Shown: piece after piece, positions 48,119 through 59,492 of the stretch | How the letters are laid out: the number at the start of each line of letters is the position of its first letter | Numbering within the stretch: the first letter of the stretch is position 1 | Assembly (NCBI GenBank): GCA_033582675.1 | Contig: JAVQZY010000020.1 | Location: 286,615-350,614, forward strand | Length of the DNA stretch: 64,000 nucleotides | Source: Burkholderiales bacterium | Lineage (GTDB): Bacteria; Pseudomonadota; Gammaproteobacteria; Burkholderiales; SG8-39 | Direction of reading: 5' to 3' | Position numbers and translations under genes: made by a program | Notes under the pieces: model-generated | What the model saw: the letters and a program-made list of their open reading frames with translations, nothing else | What the model was told of the DNA's origin: nothing | Database searches by the model: none

Positions 48119-49531
48119 TCAGAACGCCTTCTGCCAGCTCGCGGTGCGACGCATCTCGCCCCAGCGAACGCGCACGCCGAACGCCCAGTGTGCGAGCCCT
48201 TCGAGACGCCAAAGTGTCAACAGCTGGCGATAGCCGAGGTTCTCCAACACCGCGAAGATCGCGAGAACGGCGAGCTCGCGCGGCCGTTTGTACACGTGGA
48301 ACGACATTTCCTCGAGGAGCAGCGCGCTTGCGGACAGCGCAACGCCGAGCCCGACGGCGAGGATCACGAAGCCGGCAAAGGCCTCGACCGAGATCAGTCC
48401 GAGCCGCGAAGCCTGCGACGAGCAGCCCGTAACCGCACACTTCGACCAGCGGGCCGAGCCACTCGAACAGCACCGCGAAAGGGATCGCGAGCCAGCCGGG
48501 CGCGCCGCCGCTCGGGTGCAGAGCGAGCGCGAGGTTCATCGTCAGGCTCTCGGCGAGGCCGCGCTGCCAGCGAGCGCGCTGGGCGCGCAACACCCTGAGC
48601 GACTCCGGCGCCTCGGTCCAGCAGATCGGTTCCGGTACGAATGCGATCCGGTACGTTCGGACCTGCGAGCCGGTGAAGGCGGTGCAGGCGCACGACGAGT
48701 TCCATGTCCTCGCCCACGGTGTCGATGCGGTAGCCGCCCGCCGCGACGACGGCTTCCCGGCGGAAGACGCCGAACGCGCCGGAGACGATGAGCACCGCGT
48801 TTAGCGGGCGACCAGCCGGCGCGCCCGAAGAGAAACGCGCGCAGGTACTCGACGACCTGGAAAAGCGGCAGCAGCCGACGCGGTAGCGCGACTTCCTCGA
48901 GGAACCCGCCGCGCACCACGCAGCCGTTCGCGACGCGCACGGTGCCGCCGGTCGCGATCATGCGGGGATCGTGCAGAAACGGCGCGACGACGCGGCGCAG
49001 ACTGCGACGCTCGAGGATCGAGTCGGCATCCACCGCGCACACCAGCGGGTACCGCGCGGCGTTGATACCGGCGTTCAAGGCGTCCGCCTTGCCCCCGTTT
49101 TCCTTGTCGATGACCCGCAGGTTGGCATGGCGCAAGGAGCGGTAGATGCCGCGCACCGGGCGTACCGGCAGCCGCCGTCGGTAGGCCTCGGGAAACGGTA
49201 TCAGCGCGAACTCGCGTCGCAGCGCCTCGAGCGTTCCGTCGCGCGAACCGTCGTTCACCACGACGATCTCGAACTCCGGGTATTCGAGCTGCAGCATCGA
49301 GCGCACCGAAGTGGCGATGGTGTTCTCCTCGTTGTACGCCGGCACGATCACGCTCACCGGCGGCTCCATTCCCGAAACGATCGGCAGGAGATCCTCCAGC
49401 ACCCGGTCCGTGAGGTAACGCCGCACGGCGAAAAACGCGGATACGTTGAGCAGCAAAAAGCCGGTGTTCAGGCCCACCAGGTAGGCGAAGAACACCCACT
49501 GGGCGACCACGATTGCCTGTTCCAGAATCAC
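48119..49531 (-). pseudogene. Polytopic processive family-2 glycosyltransferase (PgaC/NfrB-type synthase), with three frame disruptions.
   Basis: GTG 49529-49531 overlaps the upstream stop. N-terminal TMs; VSVIVPAYNEE, VNDGSRDGT, AVDADS in ORF 48542..49879; GEDMEL in ORF 48394..48795; QRARWQRG (48567-48581) in ORF 48015..48593; C-terminal TMs in ORF 48119..48367. Confidence 0.8.
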
Positions 49532-50603
49532 CGTGCGTCGCGCTCGGAGAGCACCTGAGCGAGCATGTCGGCCGCGAAGCGATCGCTGCTTTCTGACAAC
49601 ATCTTCTCGAGCGCTTGGCGCGTGATGCCTGGAAGACGGGCGAGCGTCTGCGCGGTCCGGTAGCGCACCCACCAGCTCGAGTCCGACAACAACGCAACCA
49701 GACGCTCGCGATCCTCGGGCCCGCCGATGCGGTCGAGCGCACGCACGGCGGCGACGCGCACGAACCATTCCGGGTGACCGAGCGCACGACGCGCGTGCTC
49801 GGCGTCCTCCGGGTGCCAGAGCGCAGCGAGCGCGGCTGCGACCACCTGCGCTGGCGCGGGTCGCTCGAGCAGCCGGCATACCGCCGGCCGCAGGAGCGCA
49901 GAGTTCGCGACTTTCGCAAGCTGCAGCAGCCGCACGATCTCGGATTCGGCCTGCGACGCACGCTTGAGCCGCGCTGCGAGCGCCTGCGCGAGCGCTTCAG
50001 CGACCGCGTCCCGGTCGCACTCGCGCAGCATCGCCGCGATTCTCGCGACCGGCCAGTCCTCGCGCTCTGCCGCCCGCTCGATCACTTGCGGAAGGTGGCG
50101 CCGACGCATCCAGCCTCAGGAGCATCTGCCCTGCGGCGAGCGACACGAGTGGGAAAGGCAGGTCGATCAGTGCGGCAGCAAGCGGTTCTGCGCTCCTCAG
50201 GCGCAGATAGCCGAGCGCGGCGAGGGCGATCAGCTCCTTGCGTTCGTCGCCCGAGGCGAGCAGCGTGACGGCGAGCCGGTCGGCACCCGTCCTCGCCGCG
50301 AGTTCGACCAGCCGCCCGCGCGTTGCGCCCTGGACGGATTCGAGCGCGCGCACCCAGAGCGAGAGAAAGAGCGCGCCGTCCTGCGGCGCGAGCGCCGGAA
50401 GTCGGTCCGGAATCGGCTTCGGTGCACGCGGCGAATATCGGCAGCCAGCGCGCGGAGAAACGCTGCTCGTGCTCCCGCTGCGCCGTAAGGCGCAACCTCA
50501 GGAAAAGCGCGCTGGCGATCAGCAGCGCCGAGAGCGCGAGCGCCGCGTAGCCGGTCCAGAAGGCGGCCGCGATCAGCGCATCAGAAGCGGTGGCGAAGCC
50601 CAA
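49528..50603 (-). pseudogene. Membrane-anchored HEAT-repeat protein, with two frame disruptions near 50415 and 50105.
   Basis: N-terminal TM AAAFWTGYAALALSALLIASALFL (ORF 50082..50603). Middle part in ORF 49997..50353. C-terminal HEAT/PBS-lyase-like repeats EWFVRVAAVRALDRIG and SWWVRYRTAQTLARL (ORF 49528..50109). Confidence 0.7.
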
Positions 50604-51336
50604 GGTGCAGGCCTCGGCGCCGATAGAGGTCGCCCTGCTCGTGGGTCGACAGCTCCCAGGAAAGCGCCCAATTCCGGCTCATCCAGTGACGTCCCCCGAT
50701 GCTCAGGCCGTATACGCGATTCGCGACCACCCCGACCGGCGGCCCGGCGTTTTCCACTTGCCGCCCGGCGACTGCCGCGACCGCGACGCTGCTGCCCTCA
50801 CCGTACGAATGCGCGAGCGCAAGACGCGCCGAGACGCCCGTGGATGCGCCCTCGGGGCGCCCGGCGAAAATCGTGAGCGCTGCCCGCCAGTCCGCCCAGT
50901 AGCGTTCGGCGCCGAGCACCAGAATGCGCACATCGGTCAAGGTGAACGAGCTGTGCCTCAGGCCGGCGCTCAGCACCCAGCCGCCTTCGATTTCCCGACC
51001 GAGCTGTCCGTAGATCGAATGCTCCGGCAACACGCGGTGGGAGCCGCTTGCGCTCGCCTCGAGCAACGCGTTCCATCCAGGCCCGATCGGCCACGCATAG
51101 CCGCCGAACAGCTCGGCATCATGCAGGCGAAAGCGTTCGGTGCGCCGTACCCCACCGTAGAGCGACTCGCGCGGACCGAGGCGGCGAACGGCCTCCAGCG
51201 CGGCGCTTCGCCAATCTCCTCGCCCGCCGGTCACCTGCTCTCGGGAGGCGCTCAATTCGACCTCGACCGCCGTCGGCTCGGCAAACGCCGCCGCAGGAAG
51301 AAGGAGCGCGACGATGAGCGCGGCGCGCACCGTCAT
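50581..51336 (-). CDS. YaiO-family outer-membrane beta-barrel protein.
   Basis: ATGA overlap with the receiver gene at 51333-51336. Signal peptide MTVRAALIVALLLPAAAFA. Alternating beta pattern; C-terminal ..LHLGLRHRF ends in an aromatic residue. Confidence 0.7.
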   Translation of the reverse strand: MTVRAALIVALLLPAAAFAEPTAVEVELSASREQVTGGRGDWRSAALEAVRRLGPRESLYGGVRRTERFRLHDAELFGGYAWPIGPGWNALLEASASGSHRVLPEHSIYGQLGREIEGGWVLSAGLRHSSFTLTDVRILVLGAERYWADWRAALTIFAGRPEGASTGVSARLALAHSYGEGSSVAVAAVAGRQVENAGPPVGVVANRVYGLSIGGRHWMSRNWALSWELSTHEQGDLYRRRGLHLGLRHRF

Positions 51337-51722
51337 CGTTTCAACAAGCGCCGCACGCGCGCCCGAAGCTCCTCGGGCTTGAAAGGCTTGACGACGTAGT
51401 CGCTCGCCCCAGCGTCGAATCCTCGCACGATATCCTCCTCCTCCCCGCGGCCGGTAATCATCACCACCGGAACCTGCTCCCAATCCGCTCGCGCGCGTAT
51501 CCGCGAGAGCAGCGCGAATCCGTCCAAGTGCGGCAGCATCACGTCAAGCGTGACGAGCGCGGGCGGCGGCGCAGTGTCGATCAGCTGTTCGGCACTGCGG
51601 CCGTCGACAGCGACCCGCACCGAAAGCCCCTCGCGCTCGAGAATATAGCGCACGAGGGCGATGATCTGCTCGTCGTCCTCGACGACGAGAGCGGTCTGCT
51701 GCAGCGAGAGTCGTTGCAACAT
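51333..51722 (-). CDS. Stand-alone CheY-like receiver domain protein.
   Basis: 129 aa with ALVVEDDE, TLDVMLPHLDG, VVMITGRG and YVVKPF. There is no output domain. Confidence 0.88.
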   Translation of the reverse strand: MLQRLSLQQTALVVEDDEQIIALVRYILEREGLSVRVAVDGRSAEQLIDTAPPPALVTLDVMLPHLDGFALLSRIRARADWEQVPVVMITGRGEEEDIVRGFDAGASDYVVKPFKPEELRARVRRLLKR

Positions 51723-51731
51723 GCGCGGATG

Positions 51732-52224
51732 CTATCGCACGCGATAGATCTCCACGTCGAAGTTGCCGCGCCAGGCCTCGACCTCGGCGCGCTTTCCCTT
51801 TTCGGGCGCGGTGAGCACCGCCTGCGCGCACGCCCTTCTGCCAGCGCATCTTGAAGATGCGGCGGTCTTCGACGCCGGAACGCGCGATCACCTCGGTCGT
51901 CTCGGCAAGCGGCGCGCCCCAGCTCGCGCGCAGGTGCGTGCGCACTGCGTCGAGATCCTGCGCGTCGAAGCGCACGCTGAACGCTTCGACCGAGCCGCCC
52001 TTGAGATAGAACGTGATGCGCGCTTTTGCGCCGCCGAACGAGATGCGCCCGTCGTCGCAGCGCCGATCGGCGGCGTCGGATTTCCACTCGAGCGGTTTGC
52101 AATACGCCGCGGGATAGACGCGCTTGATGTCGGATTCGCCCGCGCCGAGCGCGACGCCGCCGGCGTCGAACGCCGCCGCACCCGACGCCCAGAGAGCGAG
52201 CGAGAGCCCGAGGATCCGGTACAT
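51732..52224 (-). pseudogene. Small secreted protein of unknown function, with one frame disruption near 51835.
   Basis: Signal peptide MYRILGLSLALWASGAAA (ATG 52222-52224). The tail AQAVLTAPEKGKRAEVEAWRGNFDVEIYRVR* is readable only after a shift. The stop lies 9 nt before the receiver gene. Confidence 0.5.
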
Positions 52225-52263
52225 CGCCGCGAATCTTACCGCGGGCGCCGGGCGGCTCGAAGG

Positions 52264-52269
52264 TAGAAT
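52264..52269 (+). promoter_or_regulatory. Candidate -10 hexamer TAGAAT.
   Basis: 23 nt before GTG 52293. Confidence 0.35.
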
Positions 52270-52292
52270 GGCCGCAACCGAGGCGACCGCCC

Positions 52293-52601
52293 GTGCCGGG
52301 ACGCCGTCTTCATCTCGCGCTCTTGCCGCTTCTCGCCTGCGGCTGCGCCGCGCCGCGGGGGCAGCGGTCCGGCGCCTCGCCCGACGAGTCGCGCGAGGAC
52401 CTCGCCGCCTGCCGCGCAGCGGCGGCCGAGCGCATTGCGCGGACGGCGCCGGCCACCGCCCCACCGATGCAGATCGATCCGCGCTTCGGTGCGACCGAGC
52501 CGCAGCGGCCGGCTGAGCGCCGCATGGAAGAAGAGCGGCTGGTGGATGCCTGCATGCGCGAGAAGGGCTACCGCCTCGCGCCGGCCGCGCCGCAGAGATA
52601 G
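52293..52601 (+). CDS. Small lipoprotein of unknown function.
   Basis: 102 aa with the lipobox LLACGC after a basic n-region. It uses a GTG start and is divergent from the polysaccharide-type operon. Confidence 0.5.
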   Translation: MPGRRLHLALLPLLACGCAAPRGQRSGASPDESREDLAACRAAAAERIARTAPATAPPMQIDPRFGATEPQRPAERRMEEERLVDACMREKGYRLAPAAPQR

Positions 52602-52648
52602 CATGGCCCCGCGCTCCCGCCCGGCTGCGGCGAGAGTCGCTCGCCCGC

Positions 52649-55039
52649 TCAGGCCGTCCCGCCGCCTGCGCGCAGGACGTGCCGCACGCGCGCGGCGGCA
52701 TCCTCGAACGCATCTTCCGGCTTCGGCTCGTGGCTTGCCGGCCGCGCCCGGATGCGAAGGTCGCGCAGTTCCTCGCGCTCGCGCGCGGCAAGGCGAAACG
52801 CCTGGTCCTTGCCCGAGAGGTATTGCGGCGGCCAGTGCTGCGCCCCGTGTTGATACCACGCCGAGGCCTGAAGCGTGAAGTACGGGCTCGAGAGATGCGG
52901 CCGGGCGAGGGCGACGATGTCCGCCTTGCCGGAGGCAAGGAGCGTGTTCACCTGGTCGGCGGTGGTGATCGCGCCGACGGTCATCGTGGCGATTTTCACC
53001 TCGTTCCTCACCCAGTCGGAGAACGGCGCTTGGTACATGCGCCCATAGACCGGCTTTTGCCAAGGCACCGTCTGGCCGGTCGAGCAGTCGATGAGGTCGC
53101 AGCCCGCCTCCTTCAGCATCCGCACGAGCGCCATCAGGTCTTCGCCCGAAAGGCCGCCCGGTGCCCAGTCGGTCGCGGAAATGCGCACCGACATCGGTTT
53201 GTCCTGCGGCCAGACCGCACGACAGGCGCGGAAGACTTCGAGCGGAAAGCGCATGCGGTTCTCGATCGGGCCGCCGTATTCGTCGGTGCGGCGGTTCGTG
53301 AGCGGCGAGATGAAGCTCGCAAGGAGGTAGCCGTGCGCCATGTGGATTTCGAGCATGTCGAACCCCGCTTCCTCGGCAAGCCGCGTCGCGCGCACGAAAT
53401 CGGCCAGCACCTTGTCCATGTCGGCGCGCGTCATCTCGCGCGGCACCTGCGAGATGCCGTCGAGGTACGGGATCGGCGAAGGCGCGACGAGCGGCCAGTT
53501 GCCCGACGGAAGCGGATGATCCATCTGCTCCCAGCCGAGTTGCGTCGAGCCCTTGCGGCCCGCATGGCCGATCTGCAGGCAGAGCTTCGCCTTCGAGTGC
53601 GCGTGGCAAAAATCGACGATGCGCCGGAAAGCGTCGCGCTGCGCCTCGTTCCAGAGGCCGGTGCAGCCGGGCGAGATGCGCGCCTCCGGCGACACGCACG
53701 TCATCTCAAAGAACACGAGCCCCGCCCCCCCGATCGCGCGCGAGCCGTAGTGCACGAAGTGCCAGTCGGTGGGCACCCCGTCGACCGCCGAATACTGGTC
53801 CATCGGCGAAACGGCGACGCGGTTCTCGAGCACCATGCCGCGCAGCCTGAACGGCGTGAACATCGGCACCGGCGGATTTTCGAGGTCCACGGGGAAGCCC
53901 CGCGCGCGAACGCCCGCCGCGAACCAGCGCTGCACATCGCGGACGAACCCCGGGTCGCGCAGCTCCAGGTTCTCCCAAGTGATCTGCTTCGAGCGCGACA
54001 TCAGGCCAAAAGCGAACTGCTCCGGGTCCATGCCCCAGTAGCGCTTCATGTTCTCGAACCAGGCAAGCGACACGTTCGCCGCGTGCTGCGTCTTCTCGAC
54101 CTCCTCGCGGCGCGCGCTGTCGTAGCGCGCGAGCGCCCGCTCGACCGTGCGCTCGGCACGGAAACACTCGTAAAGGGCGATCGCGTCCTCCATCGCGAGC
54201 TTGGTGCCCGAGCCGATCGAGAAATGCGCCGTCGCCTTCGCATCGCCCACGAGCACCGCGTTTCCCATCACCCAGGTGCGGTTGACGATCGTCGGAAAAT
54301 TGCGCCAGATCGAGCGGTTGGCGATCAGGCGGTGGCCGGCGAGTTCCTCGGCGAACACGCGCTCGAGCGTCGCGAGCATCTCTGGCTCGTCCTTGCGGTC
54401 GAAGCCGAAGTTGCGCCAGGTGGATTCGTCCGTCTCGATCACCCAGGTCGAGCGGCCGGCCTCGTACTGATAGCAGTGCGCGAGGATGATCCCTTCGGGC
54501 GTCTCGCGGAAAAAGTACTTGAACGCATCGAGCGGGCGGGTCGAACCGAGCCAGACGAACTTGTTCGGCCGCAGGTCCACGCTCGGCTGAAAATGGTCCC
54601 GGTGCTGCTCGCGGATCTTGGAATGGATGCCGTCTGCGACCACGATCAGGTCGGAGTCGGGAAACTCGGCGAGCGACTCGACCTCGTGCTGAAAGACGAG
54701 CCGGGCGCCCAGTTCGCGTGCGCGCGCCTGCAGGATGTTGAGCAGCGCCACCCGCGAGCAGCCGCAGAAGCCGTTGCCTGCGACGCGGATCGTGCGGCCG
54801 CGGTAGACCACGTCCACGTCGTCCCAGTAGGCGAAGCGGTGCCGGATCATCTCGTAGGAAGGTCGGTCGTAGGCCTTGAAGGTGTCGAGCGTCTGGTCCG
54901 AGAACACCACGCCGAAGCCGAAAGTGTCGTCGGGACGGTTGCGCTCGTAGACGGTGACCTCCCAGCGCGGCCAGGCTTTTTTCGCGAGCACGGCGAAATA
55001 AAGGCCTCCGGGCCCGCCGCCGATGACGGTGACTTTCAT
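52649..55039 (-). CDS. 2-aminobenzoyl-CoA (or salicylyl-CoA) monooxygenase/reductase: an FAD monooxygenase fused to an OYE-like FMN reductase.
   Basis: 796 aa. [16 protein letters not shown]; [11 protein letters not shown]; [22 protein letters not shown]. The C-terminal half is OYE-like ([52 protein letters not shown]). Confidence 0.85.
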   Translation of the reverse strand: MKVTVIGGGPGGLYFAVLAKKAWPRWEVTVYERNRPDDTFGFGVVFSDQTLDTFKAYDRPSYEMIRHRFAYWDDVDVVYRGRTIRVAGNGFCGCSRVALLNILQARARELGARLVFQHEVESLAEFPDSDLIVVADGIHSKIREQHRDHFQPSVDLRPNKFVWLGSTRPLDAFKYFFRETPEGIILAHCYQYEAGRSTWVIETDESTWRNFGFDRKDEPEMLATLERVFAEELAGHRLIANRSIWRNFPTIVNRTWVMGNAVLVGDAKATAHFSIGSGTKLAMEDAIALYECFRAERTVERALARYDSARREEVEKTQHAANVSLAWFENMKRYWGMDPEQFAFGLMSRSKQITWENLELRDPGFVRDVQRWFAAGVRARGFPVDLENPPVPMFTPFRLRGMVLENRVAVSPMDQYSAVDGVPTDWHFVHYGSRAIGGAGLVFFEMTCVSPEARISPGCTGLWNEAQRDAFRRIVDFCHAHSKAKLCLQIGHAGRKGSTQLGWEQMDHPLPSGNWPLVAPSPIPYLDGISQVPREMTRADMDKVLADFVRATRLAEEAGFDMLEIHMAHGYLLASFISPLTNRRTDEYGGPIENRMRFPLEVFRACRAVWPQDKPMSVRISATDWAPGGLSGEDLMALVRMLKEAGCDLIDCSTGQTVPWQKPVYGRMYQAPFSDWVRNEVKIATMTVGAITTADQVNTLLASGKADIVALARPHLSSPYFTLQASAWYQHGAQHWPPQYLSGKDQAFRLAAREREELRDLRIRARPASHEPKPEDAFEDAAARVRHVLRAGGGTA

Positions 55040-55440
55040 GCAACCTCCGGAATCACGGCTGTGGCTTCGATTTCGAGGCGCGCCTCGGGCTCGACCAGTC
55101 CCGACACCTCGACGACGGTCATCGCCGGGTAGTGCCGGCCCATCCGTTCGCGCCAAGCGGCGCCCAGCTCCTTCAGCGAAGCGAGATATTCGGCGCGGTC
55201 GAGCACGTACCAGTTCATGCGCACGATGTGCTCGGGCCGGCCGCCCGCCTGCGCGAGCACCTCGAGGACGTTGGCGAGCGCCTGGCGGAACTGTCCGGCG
55301 AAATCGCGCGCCTGCCAGCGCCGCTCGCCCGTCCATCCGACCTGCCCGGCGATGTAGACGGTCGTTCCTCCGCGCACCGCGATGCCGTTCGCGTAGCCCC
55401 GCGGCCTCGCCCAGCCGGGCGGCTGAAGCACGGTCATCAT
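55036..55440 (-). CDS. RidA/YjgF-family enamine/imine deaminase-like protein.
   Basis: 134 aa with YIAGQVG and VEIEATAV-type motifs. ATGA-type overlaps occur at both ends. Confidence 0.8.
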   Translation of the reverse strand: MMTVLQPPGWARPRGYANGIAVRGGTTVYIAGQVGWTGERRWQARDFAGQFRQALANVLEVLAQAGGRPEHIVRMNWYVLDRAEYLASLKELGAAWRERMGRHYPAMTVVEVSGLVEPEARLEIEATAVIPEVA

Positions 55441-57053
55441 CCCTGCATCCTCAGCTTGTAGCGCTGCAGCTTTCCGGTCTCCGTCCTAGGCAGCGACTCG
55501 ACGAATTCCACCTTGCGCGGATACTTGTACGGCGCGATCGTGCGCTTGACGTGCTCCTGCAGTTCCTTCGCCGTCGCCTCGCCCGCGGGCACGCCGGGCT
55601 TGAGCACGACGAACGCCTTGACCACCATGCCGCGCTCTTCGTCCGGCACGCCGACCACGCCGCATTCGGCGACCGCGGGGTGCGTGAGCAGCGCCCCCTC
55701 GACCTCGGGGCCGGCGATGTTGTAGCCGGCCGAGATGATCATGTCGTCGGTGCGGGCCTGGTAAAAAAAGTAGCCGTCCTCGTCCATCACGTAGGCGTCG
55801 CCGGTGATGTTCCAGCCGTTCTGCACGTAGGTCTTTTGCCGCTCGTCGGCGAGGTACCGGCAACCGGTCGGGCCCTTCACCGCAAGCCGCCCGATCTCGC
55901 CCGGCTTGCACGGCCGCCCCTCGGCATCGAGCACGGTCGCGACGTAGCCGGGAAGGGCGTAGCCGGTCGCACCGCGCCGCACCCGCTCGGGCCGGTGCGA
56001 GATAAAGATGTGGATCATCTCGGTCGAGCCGATGCCGTCCACGATCTCGATGCCGCTCGCCTCCTTGAAGAGCTGGCGCGTCGCATCCGGCAGCGCCTCG
56101 CCCGCCGAGACGCATTTCGCGAGCGACGGAATCTCGCCGCGGCGCCACAGCGGCGCGAGCTGCCGGTACATCGTCGGCGCGGTGAAAAGCGTCGTCGCGC
56201 GAAAGCGCTGGATGGACTCGATGAGCGTCTGCGGGGTGAGCTTCTCGACGAGCGCGACGCTCGCGCCGAAGCGAAGCGGAAACGCGAGCAGCCCTCCGAG
56301 GCCGAAGGTAAACGCCAAGGGCGGCGTGCCGATGAAGACGTCCTCGGGCGTCGGCTCGAGGCAGTGCCGGGGAAAGACATCGCACATCGCGATCACGTCG
56401 CGGTGGAAATGGATCGTCCCCTTCGGCTTTCCGGTGGTGCCGGAAGTGAACGCGATGAGCGCCGGGTCGTCGGCCGCGGTATCGACGTTTTCGAAGTGCT
56501 CCGGTTTTCCGCGGCAGAGCGCATCGAGCGAGTCGGGCGCGTCGTCGTACCAGTAGCGCACCTCCCGCAGCGTCGGGCAGGCGGGCATCGCAAGTTTCAG
56601 CTCTTCTTCCAGCCGCTTGTCGCAGAGCGCGTGGGTGATTTGCGCCTTGTTGATGATTTCGGTGAGCTCGCGCGCGCGAAGGAGCGGCATCGTGCCGACG
56701 CAGACGCCGCCCGCCTTGAACACCGCAAGCCAGCAGGCGGCCATCATCGGGTTGTTCGGTCCGCGCAGGAGCACGCGGTTTCCGGGCACGAGGCCCATGT
56801 CTTCGACGAGCACGCGGGCGATGCGGTTCGCCTGCGCGGCAAGTTGCAGGTACGTGCACTCGCCGTCGGGCGCGCGGATGGCGATTCGGTCGCCTTCGCC
56901 CGCGCGCACGCGATCGTCGAGCAGCACCTGCGCGCAGTTCATGCGCTCGGGGTACTTGAGCACCGGCAGATCGAAGAGAAACTCCGGCCACGCGTCCTCC
57001 GGCGGGAGGTTGTCGCGCACGAAGGTGTCCACATGTGCGGTTTTCGCGCCCAT
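55437..57053 (-). CDS. Aryl-carboxylate (2-aminobenzoate/benzoate)-CoA ligase.
   Basis: 538 aa with the AMP-binding motifs [34 protein letters not shown] and [10 protein letters not shown]. Confidence 0.85.
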   Translation of the reverse strand: MGAKTAHVDTFVRDNLPPEDAWPEFLFDLPVLKYPERMNCAQVLLDDRVRAGEGDRIAIRAPDGECTYLQLAAQANRIARVLVEDMGLVPGNRVLLRGPNNPMMAACWLAVFKAGGVCVGTMPLLRARELTEIINKAQITHALCDKRLEEELKLAMPACPTLREVRYWYDDAPDSLDALCRGKPEHFENVDTAADDPALIAFTSGTTGKPKGTIHFHRDVIAMCDVFPRHCLEPTPEDVFIGTPPLAFTFGLGGLLAFPLRFGASVALVEKLTPQTLIESIQRFRATTLFTAPTMYRQLAPLWRRGEIPSLAKCVSAGEALPDATRQLFKEASGIEIVDGIGSTEMIHIFISHRPERVRRGATGYALPGYVATVLDAEGRPCKPGEIGRLAVKGPTGCRYLADERQKTYVQNGWNITGDAYVMDEDGYFFYQARTDDMIISAGYNIAGPEVEGALLTHPAVAECGVVGVPDEERGMVVKAFVVLKPGVPAGEATAKELQEHVKRTIAPYKYPRKVEFVESLPRTETGKLQRYKLRMQG

Positions 57054-57054
57054 G

Positions 57055-58173
57055 TCAGTTCGCCTCCTTGATAAGTTCCCTCGCGACGATCAGCTTCTGG
57101 ACCTCGCTTGCGCCTTCGTAGATGCGAAGGGCGCGCACCTCGCGGTAGAGCCGCTCGACCGGGTGCTCGAGCACCACACCCAGGCCGCCGTGGATCTGCA
57201 CCGCGGCATCCACCACCGCCTGCGCCGTCTCGGTCGCGGCGAGTTTCGCCATCGCCGCCTCGCGTGTCACCCGCGCGCCCTTCGTATCGCGCAGCCACGC
57301 CGCGCGGTAGCAAAGGAGGGCGGCGGCGTCGATCCCGCAGGCCATGTCGGCGAGCCTCGCCTGCGTCATCTGCAGGTCGGCGAGCCGAGCGCCGAAGAGG
57401 CGCCGGTTTTTTGCGCGCGACAGCGCCTCGTCGAGCGCGCGGCGCGCAAACCCGAGCGCGGCGCCCGCGACCGTCGTGCGGAAGATGTCGAGCGTTCGCA
57501 TCGCGAGGCGAAAGCCCTCGCCCGGCGCGCCGAGCAGCTCGGCGCGCGCTCCGGAGAGGCGCAAGGTGGCCATCGGGTGGGGCGCGGTGATCTCGATGCG
57601 CTCGCGCGCGTCCACCTCGGCCGCCTCGACGAGAAATGCGGAGATGCCTTCCTCGGCCCGTGCGAAGACGACGTAGAAGTCGGCGATGCCGCCGTTCGAG
57701 ATCCAGGTTTTCGTGCCTTCCAGCCGCCAGAGGGCGCCGTCCCCCCGCGCACGGCAGGCGAGCGCCGCGGCGTCCGAGCCCGCCTCGGGCTCCGAGAGCG
57801 CGAACGCGGCGATCGCCTCGCCGCGTGCGACCCGCGGTAGCCAAGTGGCCTTCTGCGCCTCGGTGCCGGCGAGCGCGATCGGGGCGCTGCCGAGCCCCTG
57901 CATCGCGAACGCAAAATCGGCGAGCCCCGCGTGATAGGCGAGCACTTCGCGCACGAGCGCGATCGAGCGCACGTCGAAGCCGGCTCCCCCGGGCACGCAA
58001 TGCCGAAGCAGCCCCGCCTCGCCCAGCCGCGGCACGAGCTTGCGGCAGATCGCATCGGCGTCCCTGCCGTGGGCGTCGGCGAGATTCGCCCGCGCCCACG
58101 CCTCGACCTCGCGCGCAAGCTGCGCATGGCGCGCCTCGAAAAAGGGCCAGGCGAGGTGCGCGAAGCGGTCCAT
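57055..58173 (-). CDS. Acyl-CoA dehydrogenase.
   Basis: 372 aa with [18 protein letters not shown] and IYEGASEVQ. Confidence 0.88.
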   Translation of the reverse strand: MDRFAHLAWPFFEARHAQLAREVEAWARANLADAHGRDADAICRKLVPRLGEAGLLRHCVPGGAGFDVRSIALVREVLAYHAGLADFAFAMQGLGSAPIALAGTEAQKATWLPRVARGEAIAAFALSEPEAGSDAAALACRARGDGALWRLEGTKTWISNGGIADFYVVFARAEEGISAFLVEAAEVDARERIEITAPHPMATLRLSGARAELLGAPGEGFRLAMRTLDIFRTTVAGAALGFARRALDEALSRAKNRRLFGARLADLQMTQARLADMACGIDAAALLCYRAAWLRDTKGARVTREAAMAKLAATETAQAVVDAAVQIHGGLGVVLEHPVERLYREVRALRIYEGASEVQKLIVARELIKEAN

Positions 58174-58965
58174 TCAGTCGCCTTCGAAAACGGGCTTGCG
58201 CTTGGCGGCGAACGCTTCGTAGGCGCGCCGGAAGTCGTTCGTCTGCATGCAGATCGCCTGCGCCTGCGCCTCCATCTCGATCGCTTCGTCCAGGCCGACG
58301 TTCCATTCCTGAAAGAGCATCCTCTTCGTCATCGCGGTGGCGAAGGTCGGGCCGGCGGCGAGCGATTGCGCGAGTTCCAGCGCCGCCGCGAGCGCCGGCG
58401 AGGCGAGCCGGTTGAAAAAGCCCCAGGCGAGCCCTTCCTCGGCCGACATCGTGCGGCCGGTGTAGAGGAGTTCGGCCGCGCGCCCCTGCCCGATCACGCG
58501 CGGAAGCATCGCGCACGCCCCCATGTCGCAGCCCGCAAGGCCCACGCGGTTGAAAAGGAACGAGACCTTCGAATCCGGCGCGCCGATCCGAAGGTCGGAA
58601 AAAAGGGCGATCATCGCGCCTGCGCCGGCGCAGACGCCTTCGACCGCGGCGATGACCGGCTGCGGGCAGTGAAGCATCGCCTTCACCAGGTCCCCGGTCA
58701 TGCGGGTGAAGGCGAGCAGTTGCGGCATCGTCATTTTCGTGAGCGGGCCGATGATCTCGTGCACGTCGCCGCCGGAGCAGAAGTTGCCGCCGGCGCCGGT
58801 CACGACCACCGCTCTTACCTCGCGCTCGCGCTCGAGCGCGCGAAAGAGGTCGCGAAGCTCGGCGTAGGACTCGAAGGTGAGCGGATTCTTCTTCTCCGGG
58901 CGGTCGAGCGTGACGATGCCCACCCGGCCCTCGGTGCGCCAGCGGAAATGCTTCGGTTCGATCAT
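58174..58965 (-). CDS. Enoyl-CoA hydratase/isomerase (crotonase) family protein.
   Basis: 263 aa with [31 protein letters not shown] and [16 protein letters not shown]. Confidence 0.88.
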   Translation of the reverse strand: MIEPKHFRWRTEGRVGIVTLDRPEKKNPLTFESYAELRDLFRALEREREVRAVVVTGAGGNFCSGGDVHEIIGPLTKMTMPQLLAFTRMTGDLVKAMLHCPQPVIAAVEGVCAGAGAMIALFSDLRIGAPDSKVSFLFNRVGLAGCDMGACAMLPRVIGQGRAAELLYTGRTMSAEEGLAWGFFNRLASPALAAALELAQSLAAGPTFATAMTKRMLFQEWNVGLDEAIEMEAQAQAICMQTNDFRRAYEAFAAKRKPVFEGD

Positions 58966-59474
58966 CGAACCTCCTCTTCAGGGGGTCGCCGGGCCAGCAT
59001 GTGCTGCTTGAGCTTGGCAAGGAGCGCATAGAGCGTTTCGTGCTCGCGGCGCGTAAGCCCGGCGAAAAGCTCCGTGATCCAGCGCTCGTGCTCGCGCGCC
59101 ATCTCGGCGAAGGCGCGGCTCCCGGCGCGCGTCAGGCGCACGCGCGCGGCGCGCCGGTCCGCAGGCTCCGGCAGCCGCTCGACCAGCCCCTCTTTTGCGA
59201 GCTGGTCCACGACCGCGGTGACGTTGCCGCCGGTCACCATCAGCAGCCGCGACAGCTCGTTCATCTTGAGCCCGTCGGGGAAGCGATCGAGCTGCGCCAT
59301 CAGGTCGAAACGCGGCAGCGTCGTGCCGAAGCGTTGCCGCAACCGCGAGCGCACGCGCCGCTCGATCATCTGGGTGCAGGTAAGAAGCCGCAGCCAGGTC
59401 CGCAGCGCCCAATGATCGTCCGACCGCGCGATCGTCTCCCGGTCGTGGCTCGAGTTGCGGTCAGCTTCGAACAT
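58962..59474 (-). CDS. MarR-family transcriptional regulator.
   Basis: 170 aa with a winged-helix core ([49 protein letters not shown]). First gene of the aryl-CoA operon. Confidence 0.88.
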   Translation of the reverse strand: MFEADRNSSHDRETIARSDDHWALRTWLRLLTCTQMIERRVRSRLRQRFGTTLPRFDLMAQLDRFPDGLKMNELSRLLMVTGGNVTAVVDQLAKEGLVERLPEPADRRAARVRLTRAGSRAFAEMAREHERWITELFAGLTRREHETLYALLAKLKQHMLARRPPEEEVR

Positions 59475-59492
59475 GCAAGGGCGCGGCTGCGG

